A stretch of DNA of 64,000 nucleotides from an uncultured Phycisphaerales bacterium (GCA_963758525.1 CAVWVQ010000003.1:2304001-2368000); one strand, 5' to 3'; positions 29,311 to 39,683 are shown, numbered from the stretch's first letter. The notes: a model not told the origin generated them from the letters alone. A program made the numbers and translations.

Positions 29311-31263
29311 ATGGCCTTGCTTGATTCCATTCATGCGCCCACGGATGTGCGCAAGCTTTCGATCGCTCAACTCGACACGCTCGCTCAGGAAATGCGCGAA
29401 AAGATCTTCGCGGCAGTTTCCAAAAATGGCGGGCATCTTGCCTCCAACCTGGGCGTTGTCGAGCTTACCCTCGCACTGCATTATGTTTATGACTTTGGAG
29501 CGTATCCCGCCGGGCCGGATCGGCTTTTCTTTGACGTGGGGCATCAGTCTTATCCGCACAAGCTGCTGACCGGCCGGGCCGGCGAGTTTGATCGGCTTCG
29601 CAAAAAGGGGTCGGTCGGCGGGTTTCCTTCGCCCCACGAATCTCCCTATGACCTTTTTGCCGTCGGGCACGCGGGAACCGCCATCAGCACCGCTGTCGGG
29701 ATGGCGCGGGGAGATCACCACCTTGAGCGGCAAAGCCATGTTGTTGCAGTCGTTGGAGATGCGTCCATTGTCAACGGAATGGCCTTTGAAGGGCTCAACA
29801 ACGCCGGCACGCTGAAGCGGCAGATGTTGATCATTCTCAATGACAACGGCATGAGCATCAGCAAGCCGCAAGGCGCTTTTGCCCAGTACCTCGAGCGCGT
29901 CCGCGTGAGCGAGACGTACGAAGAAGCCAAGAGATTTGCGACCAAGATCGTTCATCACCTGCCTCATAACGTGGAGCGAACCATCGAAGGGGCGTGGCAC
30001 GCCTTCCGCGACGGGCTCAAGGGTGCGATGTGGCCGATCCAGATTTTCGAAGGGCTCGGCATTAAATACCTGGGCCCGCTGGATGGTCACGATCTGCCGG
30101 GTCTGATTCAAACGCTGGCGGAGATCAAGCACGTGCAGTCGCCGGTGCTCCTCCACATTAAGACGATCAAGGGGCAGGGATACGAAGTGGCGGCCAACGA
30201 GCCCACGAAGTTTCACAGCCCGTCCGCGTTTCAGGTCGAGGGATGCCGGGTCACGCTCAACAAGAGCTCGGGCAAGTCGTGGACTACGGCTTTTGCCGAC
30301 GCCATGATCGACCTGGCGAAGCGCGACAGCCGGGTCGTGGCGCTGACGGCTGCGATGCCGGACGGCACCGGGCTCAGTCGTTTCGAACCGAAGTTCCCTG
30401 ACCGTTACTTCGATACCGGCATCTGCGAGAGCCATCTTACGGGAATGGCCGCGGGCATGGCCAAGGCGGGGCTTCGCCCCTTCGCGGCGGTGTATTCCAC
30501 ATTCATGCAGCGGGCGTTCGATCAGGTCTGGCAGGAGGTCGCGCTCAATGCGCTGCCGGTCTGCTTTTGCATGGATCGGGCCGGTTTTGTCGGCGACGAC
30601 GGCGCTGTGCACCACGGATTTATGGACCAGGCGTTTCTCCGTCCTCTCCCCGGCATGGTGCTGATGGCGCCCAGCGACGAGGCGGAACTGAACCGCTCGC
30701 TGCGGCTGGCGCTCTCGCTGGAAACCGTCAGCGCCGTTCGCTATCCGCGCGACAATGTCCCGGCTGCCAATTTCGATCAGATCATTGATGAGCCGTTGCG
30801 GTCGGCCGCGGCCGAGGAATGGACCGTCGGCAGGAGTCGGGTGCTCCGCGAAGGGACCGACGCGACGCTCATTGCCTATGGCGCGCTGGTGCAGAACGCC
30901 ATGATGGCGGCAGACCAGTTGAGCGCCGACGGGTTGAACGTTGGCGTCATCGATGCGCGATTCTGCAAGCCGGTGGATGGAGAAATGCTCTCGCGCGTTC
31001 TCAAGCCGGGTCATCCGGCGCTGACAATTGAAGATCATTCCCTGCAAAACGGCTTCGGCAGCGCCGTGGCCGAATATGCCGTGGCGCACAATCTTCCCAC
31101 CTCTGCTCTCACGCGGCTGGGGATGCCGGATCGTATGATCGCGCACGCCACCCGCACCGAGCAGTTGATCGAAGTCGGCCTCGACCCCGCTGGGATCGCC
31201 CGCAGCACCCGCGATGCCATTCGAGCGGCAGGGGAAACGGCGGCGCGGCCGCTGGCGGTATAG
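29311..31263 (+). CDS. dxs: 1-deoxy-D-xylulose-5-phosphate synthase
   Basis: GGHLASNLGVVEL, DVGHQSYPHK, GDA..G.AFEGLNN, YSTFMQRAFDQ, DRAG. Confidence 0.98.
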   Translation: MALLDSIHAPTDVRKLSIAQLDTLAQEMREKIFAAVSKNGGHLASNLGVVELTLALHYVYDFGAYPAGPDRLFFDVGHQSYPHKLLTGRAGEFDRLRKKGSVGGFPSPHESPYDLFAVGHAGTAISTAVGMARGDHHLERQSHVVAVVGDASIVNGMAFEGLNNAGTLKRQMLIILNDNGMSISKPQGAFAQYLERVRVSETYEEAKRFATKIVHHLPHNVERTIEGAWHAFRDGLKGAMWPIQIFEGLGIKYLGPLDGHDLPGLIQTLAEIKHVQSPVLLHIKTIKGQGYEVAANEPTKFHSPSAFQVEGCRVTLNKSSGKSWTTAFADAMIDLAKRDSRVVALTAAMPDGTGLSRFEPKFPDRYFDTGICESHLTGMAAGMAKAGLRPFAAVYSTFMQRAFDQVWQEVALNALPVCFCMDRAGFVGDDGAVHHGFMDQAFLRPLPGMVLMAPSDEAELNRSLRLALSLETVSAVRYPRDNVPAANFDQIIDEPLRSAAAEEWTVGRSRVLREGTDATLIAYGALVQNAMMAADQLSADGLNVGVIDARFCKPVDGEMLSRVLKPGHPALTIEDHSLQNGFGSAVAEYAVAHNLPTSALTRLGMPDRMIAHATRTEQLIEVGLDPAGIARSTRDAIRAAGETAARPLAV

Positions 31264-31305
31264 GGGCGGATGTTCGAAGAAATTGCTTTCTCCCCGACCC
31301 TTCGG

Positions 31306-31387
31306 TGGTGCTTGCACCGTGGGTTTCTTGACTGAAGTTCGCCACGACGCCACCACCGCAAAACTCAACCCTACGGCGCAAGCACCA
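31306..31387. repeat. Imperfect ~20-bp inverted repeat between dxs and mqnC
   Basis: tggtgcttgcaccgtgggtt ... aaccctacggcgcaagcacca. Confidence 0.6.
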
Positions 31388-31485
31388 GAGGCGCTTGGGT
31401 TTCCCGACCGCGCCAGCGTTTCAAAACGCCTGAAACACGTCCAACCTTCGCAATTCCCCCGGTCATTCCATAAACTTTCAATCGC

Positions 31486-32909
31486 ATGGCAACGCTCTCG
31501 TTCGACATCGATCCGGTCATCGAAGGCAAAGCCCGGCTGACCGAGCCGCAGGCTATTGAGTTGTACGCGCATCCCTCGCTTGAAGATCTGGGCGAATGGG
31601 CGCTGGCGGTCACCCGGCGGATGCATCCGGAGGACTATCGCACCTACGTCATCGACCGGAACATCAACTACACGAATGTCTGCACCGCCAAATGCACGTT
31701 CTGCGCATTTCGCCGCGATCATGAAGACGCCGACAGCTACACGCTGACTTACGAGAAGATCGGGGAGAAAATTCGCGAGCTGGTCGCGATCGGCGGAACG
31801 CAGATCCTCATGCAAGGCGGAATGAATGACGCGCTGCCGATTGAGTATTACGAGAATTTGCTGCGGTTCATCAAGACGAACTTTCCGACGGTGCACATTC
31901 ACGCGTTTTCGCCGCCGGAGTTCGTGGAGTTTGAGCGGTTCTTCAATCTGGATGTACGCGAGATCATCCGGCGATTTCACGCGGCGGGGCTCGACACGAT
32001 CCCCGGCGGCGGAGGAGAGATCTTTACGCCGCGCGTCCGGCGCAAAATCGGGATCGGCAAGTGCAGCGGCGACGACTGGCTGCGCGTGATGCGCGTCGCG
32101 CACGAGGAGGGCCTCAATACCTCCGCGACGATGCTCATCGGGCATATCGAGTTTGTGCGCGAGCGCGTCGAGCACATGGCCGCCCTGCGCGACATGCAGG
32201 ATTACGCGATCAGTCTTGATCGCTTTCACGGGGTGGCGGACGTCGAGCAACACTGTCAATCACGTTGGCCGGGTGTCTTTGCCAAATCACCCTGGGATGG
32301 ACAGCGAGGACACGTACCGGCCGGCCGCTATGCGGCATTCATCCACTGGCCTTTCCAGCGGGAAAACACGCCGTTGGGACGCGCGAAGGAATGGGATCCG
32401 GATGTGTACGGGCCGTATGACGATTCGACCAACGAAGATATCCTGCGCGGTCGCGTGGTTCGCATGGCCGGGCGCAGGAATATCTGCGGACGCTGGCGGT
32501 GGCCCGGCTGTTTCTGGACAACTTCGCGTCGCTGCAAAGCAGTTGGGTGACGATGGGGCCAAAAGTGGGGCAGCTTGCGTTGTTCTTTGGCGCCAACGAC
32601 ATGGGCAGCGTGATGATGGAGGAGAACGTCGTCAGCGCGGCGGGCACGACGTACAAGCTCAGCGAGCGGGAAATCTGCCGGCTGATTCGCGACAGCGGCT
32701 GGGTGCCGGCGCAGCGGGATCAGTACTATCACGTGCTCAAGCGGCACGACGGGCCGGGCGCGCCGGATCGCCTGGCGGTGGAGCATCCGCCGGTTCGGCA
32801 GGTTCGCAAGGTCGATCGTGAGTTTGTCGGCGCCGCGCCGGGTCTGGATGACGGGCGGGATCAGAGCGTCAGCGTGCAGTTGCCGCTGCTGGGAGAGGGA
32901 AAGCAATAA
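31486..32909 (+). CDS. mqnC: Radical SAM cyclic dehypoxanthinyl futalosine synthase, CofH/MqnC family (frameshift near 32471)
   Basis: DRNINYTNVCTAKCTFCAF, IPGGGGEI; second frame LQSSWVT, GANDMGSVMMEENVV. Confidence 0.85.
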
Positions 32910-32915
32910 GATAAT

Positions 32916-33013
32916 AGGGTTCAGGGTCCAGGGTTCAGGGTTCAGGGTTCAGGGTTCAGGGTTCAGGGTTCAGGGTTCAGGGTTTAGGGTTCAGGGTTCA
33001 GGGTTCAGGGTTC
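32916..33013. repeat. 14 tandem AGGGTTC heptamers
   Basis: Counted directly; variants AGGGTCC and AGGGTTT. Confidence 0.97.
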
Positions 33014-33594
33014 ATGGGTCCCTGCTTCAGTGGGCGGTTTGCCATCGCCGGAGCGGCGAACGTACGGTTTCGCTCGGCTCGTTGCTCACGATCGATCCGC
33101 CAGAGCAGATAAAATACGACCGCGACATTGGTCACCAGCAGCCCGACCTTGAACCAGTTGGGCCGATGATACAGTTCGTAGATCTCCAGTGGCAGGAGCA
33201 GGCAACTGGAGACGGCGGTGAGCCACTCGGCCCACCGCTTCTCCCGATAGAGTCCGATCCCTTCAATGAAGTAGAGAGCGGCGTAGAGGAAAAGTCCCGC
33301 GCCGAGGATTCCCAATTGCCGATCATTGATGTGGAGCGCGCGAACCAGAAGCCAGGTGGCGGTGCGGCTGTCGGGGGCGATGTTCAGGCGATGCACGAGA
33401 TGCAGGGCCATTTCCGTCAGATCGCGGTGACGAAGATGCAGCGTGGCAATGCCAGCGCAGAGAGTCAGAGAGGCCTTGATGATCTTGTAGAGCGCGATCC
33501 AGAGCAGAAGACCGCGCTTCTCCGCGGCGCGCGGAGCTTGTGAAGAGCCGTTCTGCGCTGCGAGCGTGGGGGAGCCCTCATTCACTGCCGCCAT
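32998..33594 (-). CDS. DUF2127 membrane protein
   Basis: IALYKIIK, YAALYFIEGIGL, WAEWLT, LPLEIYEL, NVAVVFYL. Confidence 0.88.
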   Translation of the reverse strand: MAAVNEGSPTLAAQNGSSQAPRAAEKRGLLLWIALYKIIKASLTLCAGIATLHLRHRDLTEMALHLVHRLNIAPDSRTATWLLVRALHINDRQLGILGAGLFLYAALYFIEGIGLYREKRWAEWLTAVSSCLLLPLEIYELYHRPNWFKVGLLVTNVAVVFYLLWRIDREQRAERNRTFAAPAMANRPLKQGPMNPEP

Positions 33595-33638
33595 GCCCCC
33601 AGTGAACGATATTGAGCTTATGATTTCAAGACAGCGCT

Positions 33639-33944
33639 TCAGGCAACCGCTTCCTGAGGCTCTTGCGATTCGGTGTCGGTGTCTTCAGGGCGCTGCGTTT
33701 CGGCCATGTGCGCGAGCATGCGGTTGGGCGACTCCATCGAAGAGCCGCTCATCACGCGCTCGAATTCTTCGTTGATCAGCGCCTGGACCGCGCGAAGCTC
33801 ATCCTGCAGCTTGCGGCGCTGGTCCTGAAGGGCGGCCACCTGCTCATCGATGCGCTGGATCGTCGTCATGCGTCCATGCGCCTTCTGGAAGAGGCTGACT
33901 GCCGCGGAAGTTGTTTGCGAAGAGGGAAGATTATCGGTCGCCAC
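33639..33944 (-). CDS. Hypothetical small coiled-coil protein
   Basis: AAGGAG SD upstream of a GTG start; heptad-rich core. Confidence 0.7.
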   Translation of the reverse strand: MATDNLPSSQTTSAAVSLFQKAHGRMTTIQRIDEQVAALQDQRRKLQDELRAVQALINEEFERVMSGSSMESPNRMLAHMAETQRPEDTDTESQEPQEAVA

Positions 33945-34122
33945 TGTGAAACTCCTTTTTATGGGCGTGCCGTGAGAGAGCTTGCACCGGCTTCACGGCC
34001 CGATCAGAAGCGCGGTTTGAGAAACGAAGGCACTGACCCAGATTACTGCTGGCCGCGCCCTGCCCCAACGGCCCCCATCTTATCGGCCAAGGGAAGTGAT
34101 TCAAGTGAATATGCACTGCGGA

Positions 34123-34341
34123 TCAGCAGTAATATTCGTATTCGATGGGATATGGGATCAAATCCGGACGGACCAGATGAAGTTTTCGCAAGCGCACTTC
34201 GGGCCGCAACCCCGCGATTGCGCCCGATCGCGCCGCGCCGCTTGACTGGCGGGCGGATGAATCGGAAGTCATCAAAGCGGAGCCCAAGAGCGCTGCAACC
34301 AGCAGAGCGGTGCGAGCGATCGAACGACCACGGGAATGCAT
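34123..34341 (-). CDS. Small putative exported protein (72 aa)
   Basis: Signal-like N-terminus; structured tail RLRKLHLVRPDLIPYPIEYEYYC. Confidence 0.55.
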   Translation of the reverse strand: MHSRGRSIARTALLVAALLGSALMTSDSSARQSSGAARSGAIAGLRPEVRLRKLHLVRPDLIPYPIEYEYYC

Positions 34342-34523
34342 GGCGAAAAGCCTTCTGGACAGTTTGAGCGATCGGCGGCGTTATCGGGCGTCGGCGTGCT
34401 GATTGTCCCGGTCTGCACCCGCAAGAAATGAAAGCTACCCCAACCATCCGGGGGAACCAATGAAAAACTTGGAGCGCGACAGTCCGTTGGCCGATATAGG
34501 CGCATTCTGGGCAAAGACTGCGC

Positions 34524-35060
34524 TCAAAGAGGGGGGATCGGCGCACGATCGCTCGGATCGATCGCGGGAGCGGCCTGGGGATTCGGTTCCGAAGGCTTGG
34601 GACGCGCGGTGAGGGCGGCGCTGAGCAGACTCACAATCGCGGGACGTATCAGTCCGATAATCTGACGCAGCAGCAGTGCGCCGATGGCAACCTCCTTCGC
34701 CTCGCTCTTCTTGGAATCCTTGTGGTCGGGCGCGGGCTTGGGCGCTGGGTGCAGCGCCTCCTGAATACGCCGCAGCCGCGCCAGCTCTTGCTGCTCTTTC
34801 GAGGGAATCAGCGCAGTTGCCGTAGCGAAACCACCCGCCGCGGAGGCGGCGAGCGCGAGCCAGGGGTGATCGTGCGCCCATCGCAGCGGGCTGAGCCCAT
34901 GTCTCAACTCGGTCTTGATCTCGCTGATCCTGGCGCACATTGCCGCTTGCGCTTGCTTTGCCTGCGCATCGAGATATTCCGCTTCAGTGGACGCCGGCGT
35001 CTGCCTGGGGCGTGGCGCCATCGTCGGAGCTGAGGGATTCTTTAAGGTCGTCGCTTTCAT
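34524..35060 (-). CDS. Hypothetical membrane protein of the ElaB/YqjD cluster
   Basis: WAHDHPWLALAASAAGGF segment; overlaps the upstream gene. Confidence 0.7.
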   Translation of the reverse strand: MKATTLKNPSAPTMAPRPRQTPASTEAEYLDAQAKQAQAAMCARISEIKTELRHGLSPLRWAHDHPWLALAASAAGGFATATALIPSKEQQELARLRRIQEALHPAPKPAPDHKDSKKSEAKEVAIGALLLRQIIGLIRPAIVSLLSAALTARPKPSEPNPQAAPAIDPSDRAPIPPL

Positions 35061-35499
35061 ACTTAAGCACCGTTGATTCGCGACTCAGTTTGGTGACGCG
35101 TGTGACGAGGATGCGAATGCTGATCCCCACCGCGCCCAGAACGATGATGCCGCAAAGCAGATCTCCGATCCACGCCCCGTGGCCGCAGAGAACCGTCAGA
35201 CCGCCGGCGATTCCCTGCAGAACCAGCACGATGGCAGTAATCACCGCGCTCGCCGCGGCGAGCAGCGCCAGCACGCCAAGAGCCGCCAGCATCACGTACT
35301 GACGGATCGTCAGCTTCAGACGGTCAATCTTGGCGGCCAGAAAGTAGCGGGCGAAGGCCGGCAGCTCGGCAATCCGAGCCCATGCGGTCCGCAGCGCGTC
35401 GGCGGCGGATTCACCGGCGCCCGCGCCATTGCCGTCGGCGCCGTCGCCGACGCCTCGCGACGCGGCAACCGGCTCATCAAAGCGCGTGTCCTGCGGCAT
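34984..35499 (-). CDS. Two-TM membrane protein (YqjE/holin-X-like)
   Basis: Two long hydrophobic helices; directly follows the DUF883 gene. Confidence 0.65.
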   Translation of the reverse strand: MPQDTRFDEPVAASRGVGDGADGNGAGAGESAADALRTAWARIAELPAFARYFLAAKIDRLKLTIRQYVMLAALGVLALLAAASAVITAIVLVLQGIAGGLTVLCGHGAWIGDLLCGIIVLGAVGISIRILVTRVTKLSRESTVLKYESDDLKESLSSDDGATPQADAGVH

Positions 35500-35514
35500 A
35501 CAAACTCCAGTCGC

Positions 35515-35799
35515 TCAACTGCGCTTCCAAAGTGCGCCCAGCAACAGACCGACGCCGGCGGCAATCAGCACCGCCTGCAGCGGCTTCTCGCGAACATACG
35601 TCTCCAGGCCGTCTTCCCACTCCTGCGCCATGTCGCGGCCCTGCTCGTAATAGGCCTTCGCCTCGCCGCTGAGCGATTCGTATTTTTCGCGAGCTGCGTC
35701 GCGCACCTGTCCACCAAGATCGCGGATGTTTTCGCCGACCTGTGATGCCTTGTCCCGCAGATCGGCCTGGGACGGTCCGGATTCATTGCTTGTAGCCAT
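35515..35799 (-). CDS. DUF883 / ElaB-YqjD family protein
   Basis: C-terminus YVREKPLQAVLIAAGVGLLLGALWKRS; AGGAG SD. Confidence 0.9.
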   Translation of the reverse strand: MATSNESGPSQADLRDKASQVGENIRDLGGQVRDAAREKYESLSGEAKAYYEQGRDMAQEWEDGLETYVREKPLQAVLIAAGVGLLLGALWKRS

Positions 35800-35904
35800 T
35801 CCAATACGTCTCCTTTCAAGAGATACAATGGTCATCCACTGAAAAAAGAGTAACCTGCATCCGAACAACCGGGAGCGCCGAATTTCACGATTCCTGCCAA
35901 AAAT

Positions 35905-37386
35905 TTAACGGTAGGCCTCGAGAATTCGCTTGATGACGGCGGACGTGCTGCGTCCATCCACCAGCGGCGCAAGCGCCACGCGCCCGCCATATCCTTCGAC
36001 GATTTCCCATCCGACGACTTGTTCCTTGAGATAATCCGCCCCTTTCACCAGCACGTCGGGAGTGATTTTCTCGATCAACCGCAGGGGCGTCTCGTCGTCG
36101 AAGCAGATGAGATAGTCGATGCTCTCGAGTTCCTCCAGCACGCTCAAGCGGTCGGCCGCACCGATGATCGGCCGCTTGTCCCCCTTGAGCCGGCGGATGC
36201 TTTCATCGGTGTTCACCGCGACAACCAGCAGATCTCCCTGCTGGCGGGCGAATTGAAAATATTTGATGTGTCCCAGGTGAATGAGATCGAAGCAGCCGTT
36301 TGTGAAGACCACGCGCTTGCCCGCGGCGCGGTGATGCTGAATCTCCGGAAGCAGCGTCTCCAGCGTGCGCTGCTTGCCATGATGCTCGTGCACCTCGTTG
36401 AGAAGCTCCTGGATGATCTCCTTGGGAGGAATCGGCACCGAGCCGAACCGCTCGACTTCCAGTCCCCCTGCCACGTTGGCCAGCGCCACCGCCTCGACCC
36501 AGTCAGCGCCGGCGGTGCGGGCGATGGCCAGCATCGAAAGCACCATGTCGCCGGCGCCGGTCACGTCATACACCTGGCGGGGCCGCGTCTTGAGCCAGCG
36601 GCGCTCTCCTTCGCGCGTGGCCAGGTAGGAGCCGTGCTTGTCGAGCGTGATGACAGCCGCTTCCAGATCCAGGTTCTCCAGCAGCCATTCGCCGGCGGCC
36701 GCAAACTCCGGCTCCTCCTGCACCGGCAGGCCGCTGGCCTTTTCCGCCTCCAGGCGGTTGAGCTTGACGGCCGTTGCGCCGTAGTAGCGCTTGTAGTTGC
36801 TGATCGCCGCGGGATCGACCAGCACGGGCAGTTCTCGCGATTTGGCGATGGCGATCATTCGCTGACAGACCTCGAAGCTCAGCAATCCTTTGTTGTAATC
36901 TTCCAGACAGACCATTTTGGCGCCGTCGAGTGACTCCTCGAACGCCTCCACGACCCGGTCGGCCCAGTTGCCGGTGAGCGGCGCGACTTCTTCATAATCG
37001 ATGCGCATCATCTGCTGCGGATGGCGATGTTGCGCCAGGCCGATCAGACGGGTCTTGCAGACGGTCGGGCGGTCCGCGCATTCCAGCACGCCGCGCGTGT
37101 CGCTGCCGCTCTCGCCCAGCAGGCTCCGGACCTGCCGCGCACGCTCGTCGGCGCCGACGATTCCGACCACGCGCACTTCCGCGCCCAGCGCCGCCAGATC
37201 AGCGGCGACTCCGCCAGCGCCTCCCAGTGCCAGCGTCTCGTTGCGGTAATGCAGCACGGGAACCGGCGCCTCTGGGGAGAGCCGTTCGGCGTTCCCGTAA
37301 ATGTACCGGTCGAGCATCAAATCCCCGACCAGCACCACCGGAACCCGCCAGAGCCGTTCCATGATTTGAACCAAAGCCATCGACAT
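35905..37386 (-). CDS. hldE: Bifunctional heptose-7-phosphate kinase / heptose-1-phosphate adenylyltransferase
   Basis: GDLMLDRY, RLSPEAPVP, DVTGAGD; second domain FTNGCFDLIHLGH, VKGADY. Confidence 0.95.
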   Translation of the reverse strand: MSMALVQIMERLWRVPVVLVGDLMLDRYIYGNAERLSPEAPVPVLHYRNETLALGGAGGVAADLAALGAEVRVVGIVGADERARQVRSLLGESGSDTRGVLECADRPTVCKTRLIGLAQHRHPQQMMRIDYEEVAPLTGNWADRVVEAFEESLDGAKMVCLEDYNKGLLSFEVCQRMIAIAKSRELPVLVDPAAISNYKRYYGATAVKLNRLEAEKASGLPVQEEPEFAAAGEWLLENLDLEAAVITLDKHGSYLATREGERRWLKTRPRQVYDVTGAGDMVLSMLAIARTAGADWVEAVALANVAGGLEVERFGSVPIPPKEIIQELLNEVHEHHGKQRTLETLLPEIQHHRAAGKRVVFTNGCFDLIHLGHIKYFQFARQQGDLLVVAVNTDESIRRLKGDKRPIIGAADRLSVLEELESIDYLICFDDETPLRLIEKITPDVLVKGADYLKEQVVGWEIVEGYGGRVALAPLVDGRSTSAVIKRILEAYR

Positions 37387-37415
37387 GCAAGTGATTGTAG
37401 CGGACAGGGGGGAAA

Positions 37416-37481
37416 AGGAGCCAGAAGCAAGAAGCCAGAAGCAAGGAGCAGGACTTGGCAAGCTTCTTGCTTCTGGCTTCT
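37416..37481. repeat. AGAAGC(C/A) heptamers with an inverted (G/T)GCTTCT arm
   Basis: aggagccagaagcaagaagccagaagcaaggagc ... agcttcttgcttctggcttct. Confidence 0.82.
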
Positions 37482-37551
37482 AATGACCTCGCGCGAACAT
37501 GCGCTGTCAATCTCATGGGCTCTGCGAGAATCCATGAAGAGGGAAAAGAGG

Positions 37552-37649
37552 GAACACGAATCTGCACGAATGAACCACGAATCTCACGAATAAACGCGGA
37601 GAAATCTGCTTCGTGAGGATTCGTGCAAAATTCGTGTCGATTCGTGTTC
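37552..37649. repeat. CACGAAT repeats with an inverted ATTCGTG arm
   Basis: Four CACGAAT units, then four (A/C)TTCGTG units, spaced 9-11 nt. Confidence 0.82.
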
Positions 37650-37781
37650 TGCATTTCTCGGTCACTGCGGACTGGGCGGGATCGCGTACAGTCATTTCGC
37701 CGTTTGCTCCTTGCTTGCTTCCTTTCGCCCCTCGATTCGCCCGCGTACAATCAGTCTCGTCGGGTTCACCTGGAGAGTTTC

Positions 37782-39683
37782 ATGAGCCGGCTCGATCGTC
37801 ATATTTCGATGGTTCGCGGGAAGATGATGCTCGGACAGTTCTTCAAGGGGCTCGCCTGGAGCGCGCTGGCCTTTGCGGCGATCATCTGGACGGCGATCAT
37901 GATCGATCGCCTCGTCCATCTTCATCTGCCTGCGGAGGGAACCTGGCTTTTGATCGGTTTCGGTGCCGTCGGGGTTGCGGGATGGGCGTATGCGATCTGG
38001 CGCAGGCCCAGTGACAAGCAGGCGGCCGTTGCGATCGACCAGCGGCTCGCACTGAAGGAAAAATTCAGCACGGCTCTGTACGTCCGCCCCATGAACGACC
38101 CGTTTGCGGCAGCCACGGTGCGCGATGCCGAGCAGACCGCGGACAATGTCAGCCTGCACAAGCGGTTTCCGGTCGAGGTGCCGACGCGCCCGTTGCTGTT
38201 GGTGGCCGGCGCGGCGGTGGCGATCCTGCTGACTGTCGCTTTCGTGCCGAGTCTGGATTTGTTTCGCATCGAAGCCGCCCACCAGAAAAAACTCGAGGTC
38301 GCCCGGCACGATCGCGCGGCGGCCGAGAAGTCGCTGAAGCAGGCGCTGGTGCAGCTCGACAGCGCCCCCAAAGCAGTAGCTGAATCCGAGCAGATCAAGC
38401 TGGCGCGGCAGGACCTCGCCGACGCGCTCAAGCGGCCGGTGGATGATCCGGTGGCTGCCCAACATAAAGCGGAGAGTGCCCTGCAGGAAATGGAAGCCAT
38501 CAAGCAGCAGATCAAGGATCAGGCGAAGTTCGCCGAGGCGCAGAACGCCATGCGCAGCCTCGCGTCGCTTCCTCAGAACACCGACGACACCGGGCCGATC
38601 GCGCAGGCGCGCGACGCGATGTCCAAGGGGGATCTTTCGCAGGCGGTCGAGAAACTCACCTCCGCCGTCGAGAACTTTCAGCAGAAGCCGCCCGCTGAGC
38701 AGAAGAAGACCGCCCAGGACATGGCCAAGCTCGCCGCGGATATTGCGAAGAACGCGAACGATCCGCAGGTACAGCAAAACATCCAGAAGCAACTGCAGCA
38801 GATGGGAGCGACGGCTCAACAGGCGCAGACGATGTCGCAGTTGATGCAGTCCGCGGCCAATGGCGACAAGAGCGCGCAGCAGCAACTCCAGAAGGCGGCC
38901 AACAACCTCGCGCAGCAGATGAATCAGAAGCAGGGCGGCCAGTCGCAGTCGCAGCAGCAGCAAATGGCGTCGCAGATGCAGCAGGCAATCGCGCAGATGC
39001 AATCGCAGGCGAACGGGCAGGCTCGATCGCAGCAGATGGCTCATGCAGCCCAGCAACTCGCCCAGGCAATGGCGCAGGCAGCGCAGGCTCAGAACGGCAG
39101 CAAACCGGGCCAGCAGCAGGGTGGCCAAAAGGGGCAAAGTGCCCAGGCTCAGGCACAGCAGCAGATGCAGCAGTCGAACAAGGCCATGCAGCAGCAATTG
39201 CAGCAGATGCAGGCAATGGCCAGCGCCGCCCAGGCGGGCGCCGCCGGGCAAGGGCAGCCGGGCCAGCAGGGACAACAGCCCGGTCAGAGCCCAGGTCAGC
39301 AAGGGCAACAAGGCCAGCAGAGCGGGAACGGACAGGGGGGAGGGAATCAGCCCAATCAGCAGTGGGCGCAGGGAAATAATCAGCAGCAGGGCCAGGGGGG
39401 CAACGGCGGGCAAGCCGGCGGCGCCCGCCCGGACCCGGTGGAAGCGCCGTATGGCGTGAAGAAGGAATTGTCGTCATCGGAGACGATTGACAGCGGAAAG
39501 ATCCTGGCCAGCAGCTTCGTCAAGGCCGGCACGATCGTCGGCGAGTCGAAGGTGGGTTTGTCGGATGCGGTTCTCAAGGAACAGCAGGACGCCGCCGACC
39601 AGGTCGATGAGGATCGCGTGCCGCGCGCCTCGGCGCAGGCCGTCAAGAACTATTTCCAGACGATCAAAGACGACTCGAAGTGA
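37782..39683 (+). CDS. Membrane protein with a long Q-rich coiled coil (DUF4175-like), MoxR cluster
   Basis: Three N-terminal TM segments; DQRLALKEKFSTAL; Q/G-rich tract; C-terminus DRVPRASAQAVKNYF. Confidence 0.8.
   Translation: MSRLDRHISMVRGKMMLGQFFKGLAWSALAFAAIIWTAIMIDRLVHLHLPAEGTWLLIGFGAVGVAGWAYAIWRRPSDKQAAVAIDQRLALKEKFSTALYVRPMNDPFAAATVRDAEQTADNVSLHKRFPVEVPTRPLLLVAGAAVAILLTVAFVPSLDLFRIEAAHQKKLEVARHDRAAAEKSLKQALVQLDSAPKAVAESEQIKLARQDLADALKRPVDDPVAAQHKAESALQEMEAIKQQIKDQAKFAEAQNAMRSLASLPQNTDDTGPIAQARDAMSKGDLSQAVEKLTSAVENFQQKPPAEQKKTAQDMAKLAADIAKNANDPQVQQNIQKQLQQMGATAQQAQTMSQLMQSAANGDKSAQQQLQKAANNLAQQMNQKQGGQSQSQQQQMASQMQQAIAQMQSQANGQARSQQMAHAAQQLAQAMAQAAQAQNGSKPGQQQGGQKGQSAQAQAQQQMQQSNKAMQQQLQQMQAMASAAQAGAAGQGQPGQQGQQPGQSPGQQGQQGQQSGNGQGGGNQPNQQWAQGNNQQQGQGGNGGQAGGARPDPVEAPYGVKKELSSSETIDSGKILASSFVKAGTIVGESKVGLSDAVLKEQQDAADQVDEDRVPRASAQAVKNYFQTIKDDSK

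Noticed and set aside
29251..32259. 1002-aa antisense ORF and other long shadow ORFs (e.g. 61618..63495, 37692..39413, 13684..14913)
   Set aside because: They lie opposite well-supported genes and have no motifs. Such ORFs are expected in GC-rich DNA.
32916..33013. Eukaryotic telomere contamination
   Set aside because: The array sits seamlessly between bacterial genes, and degenerate copies of the same unit occur at three other intergenic sites.
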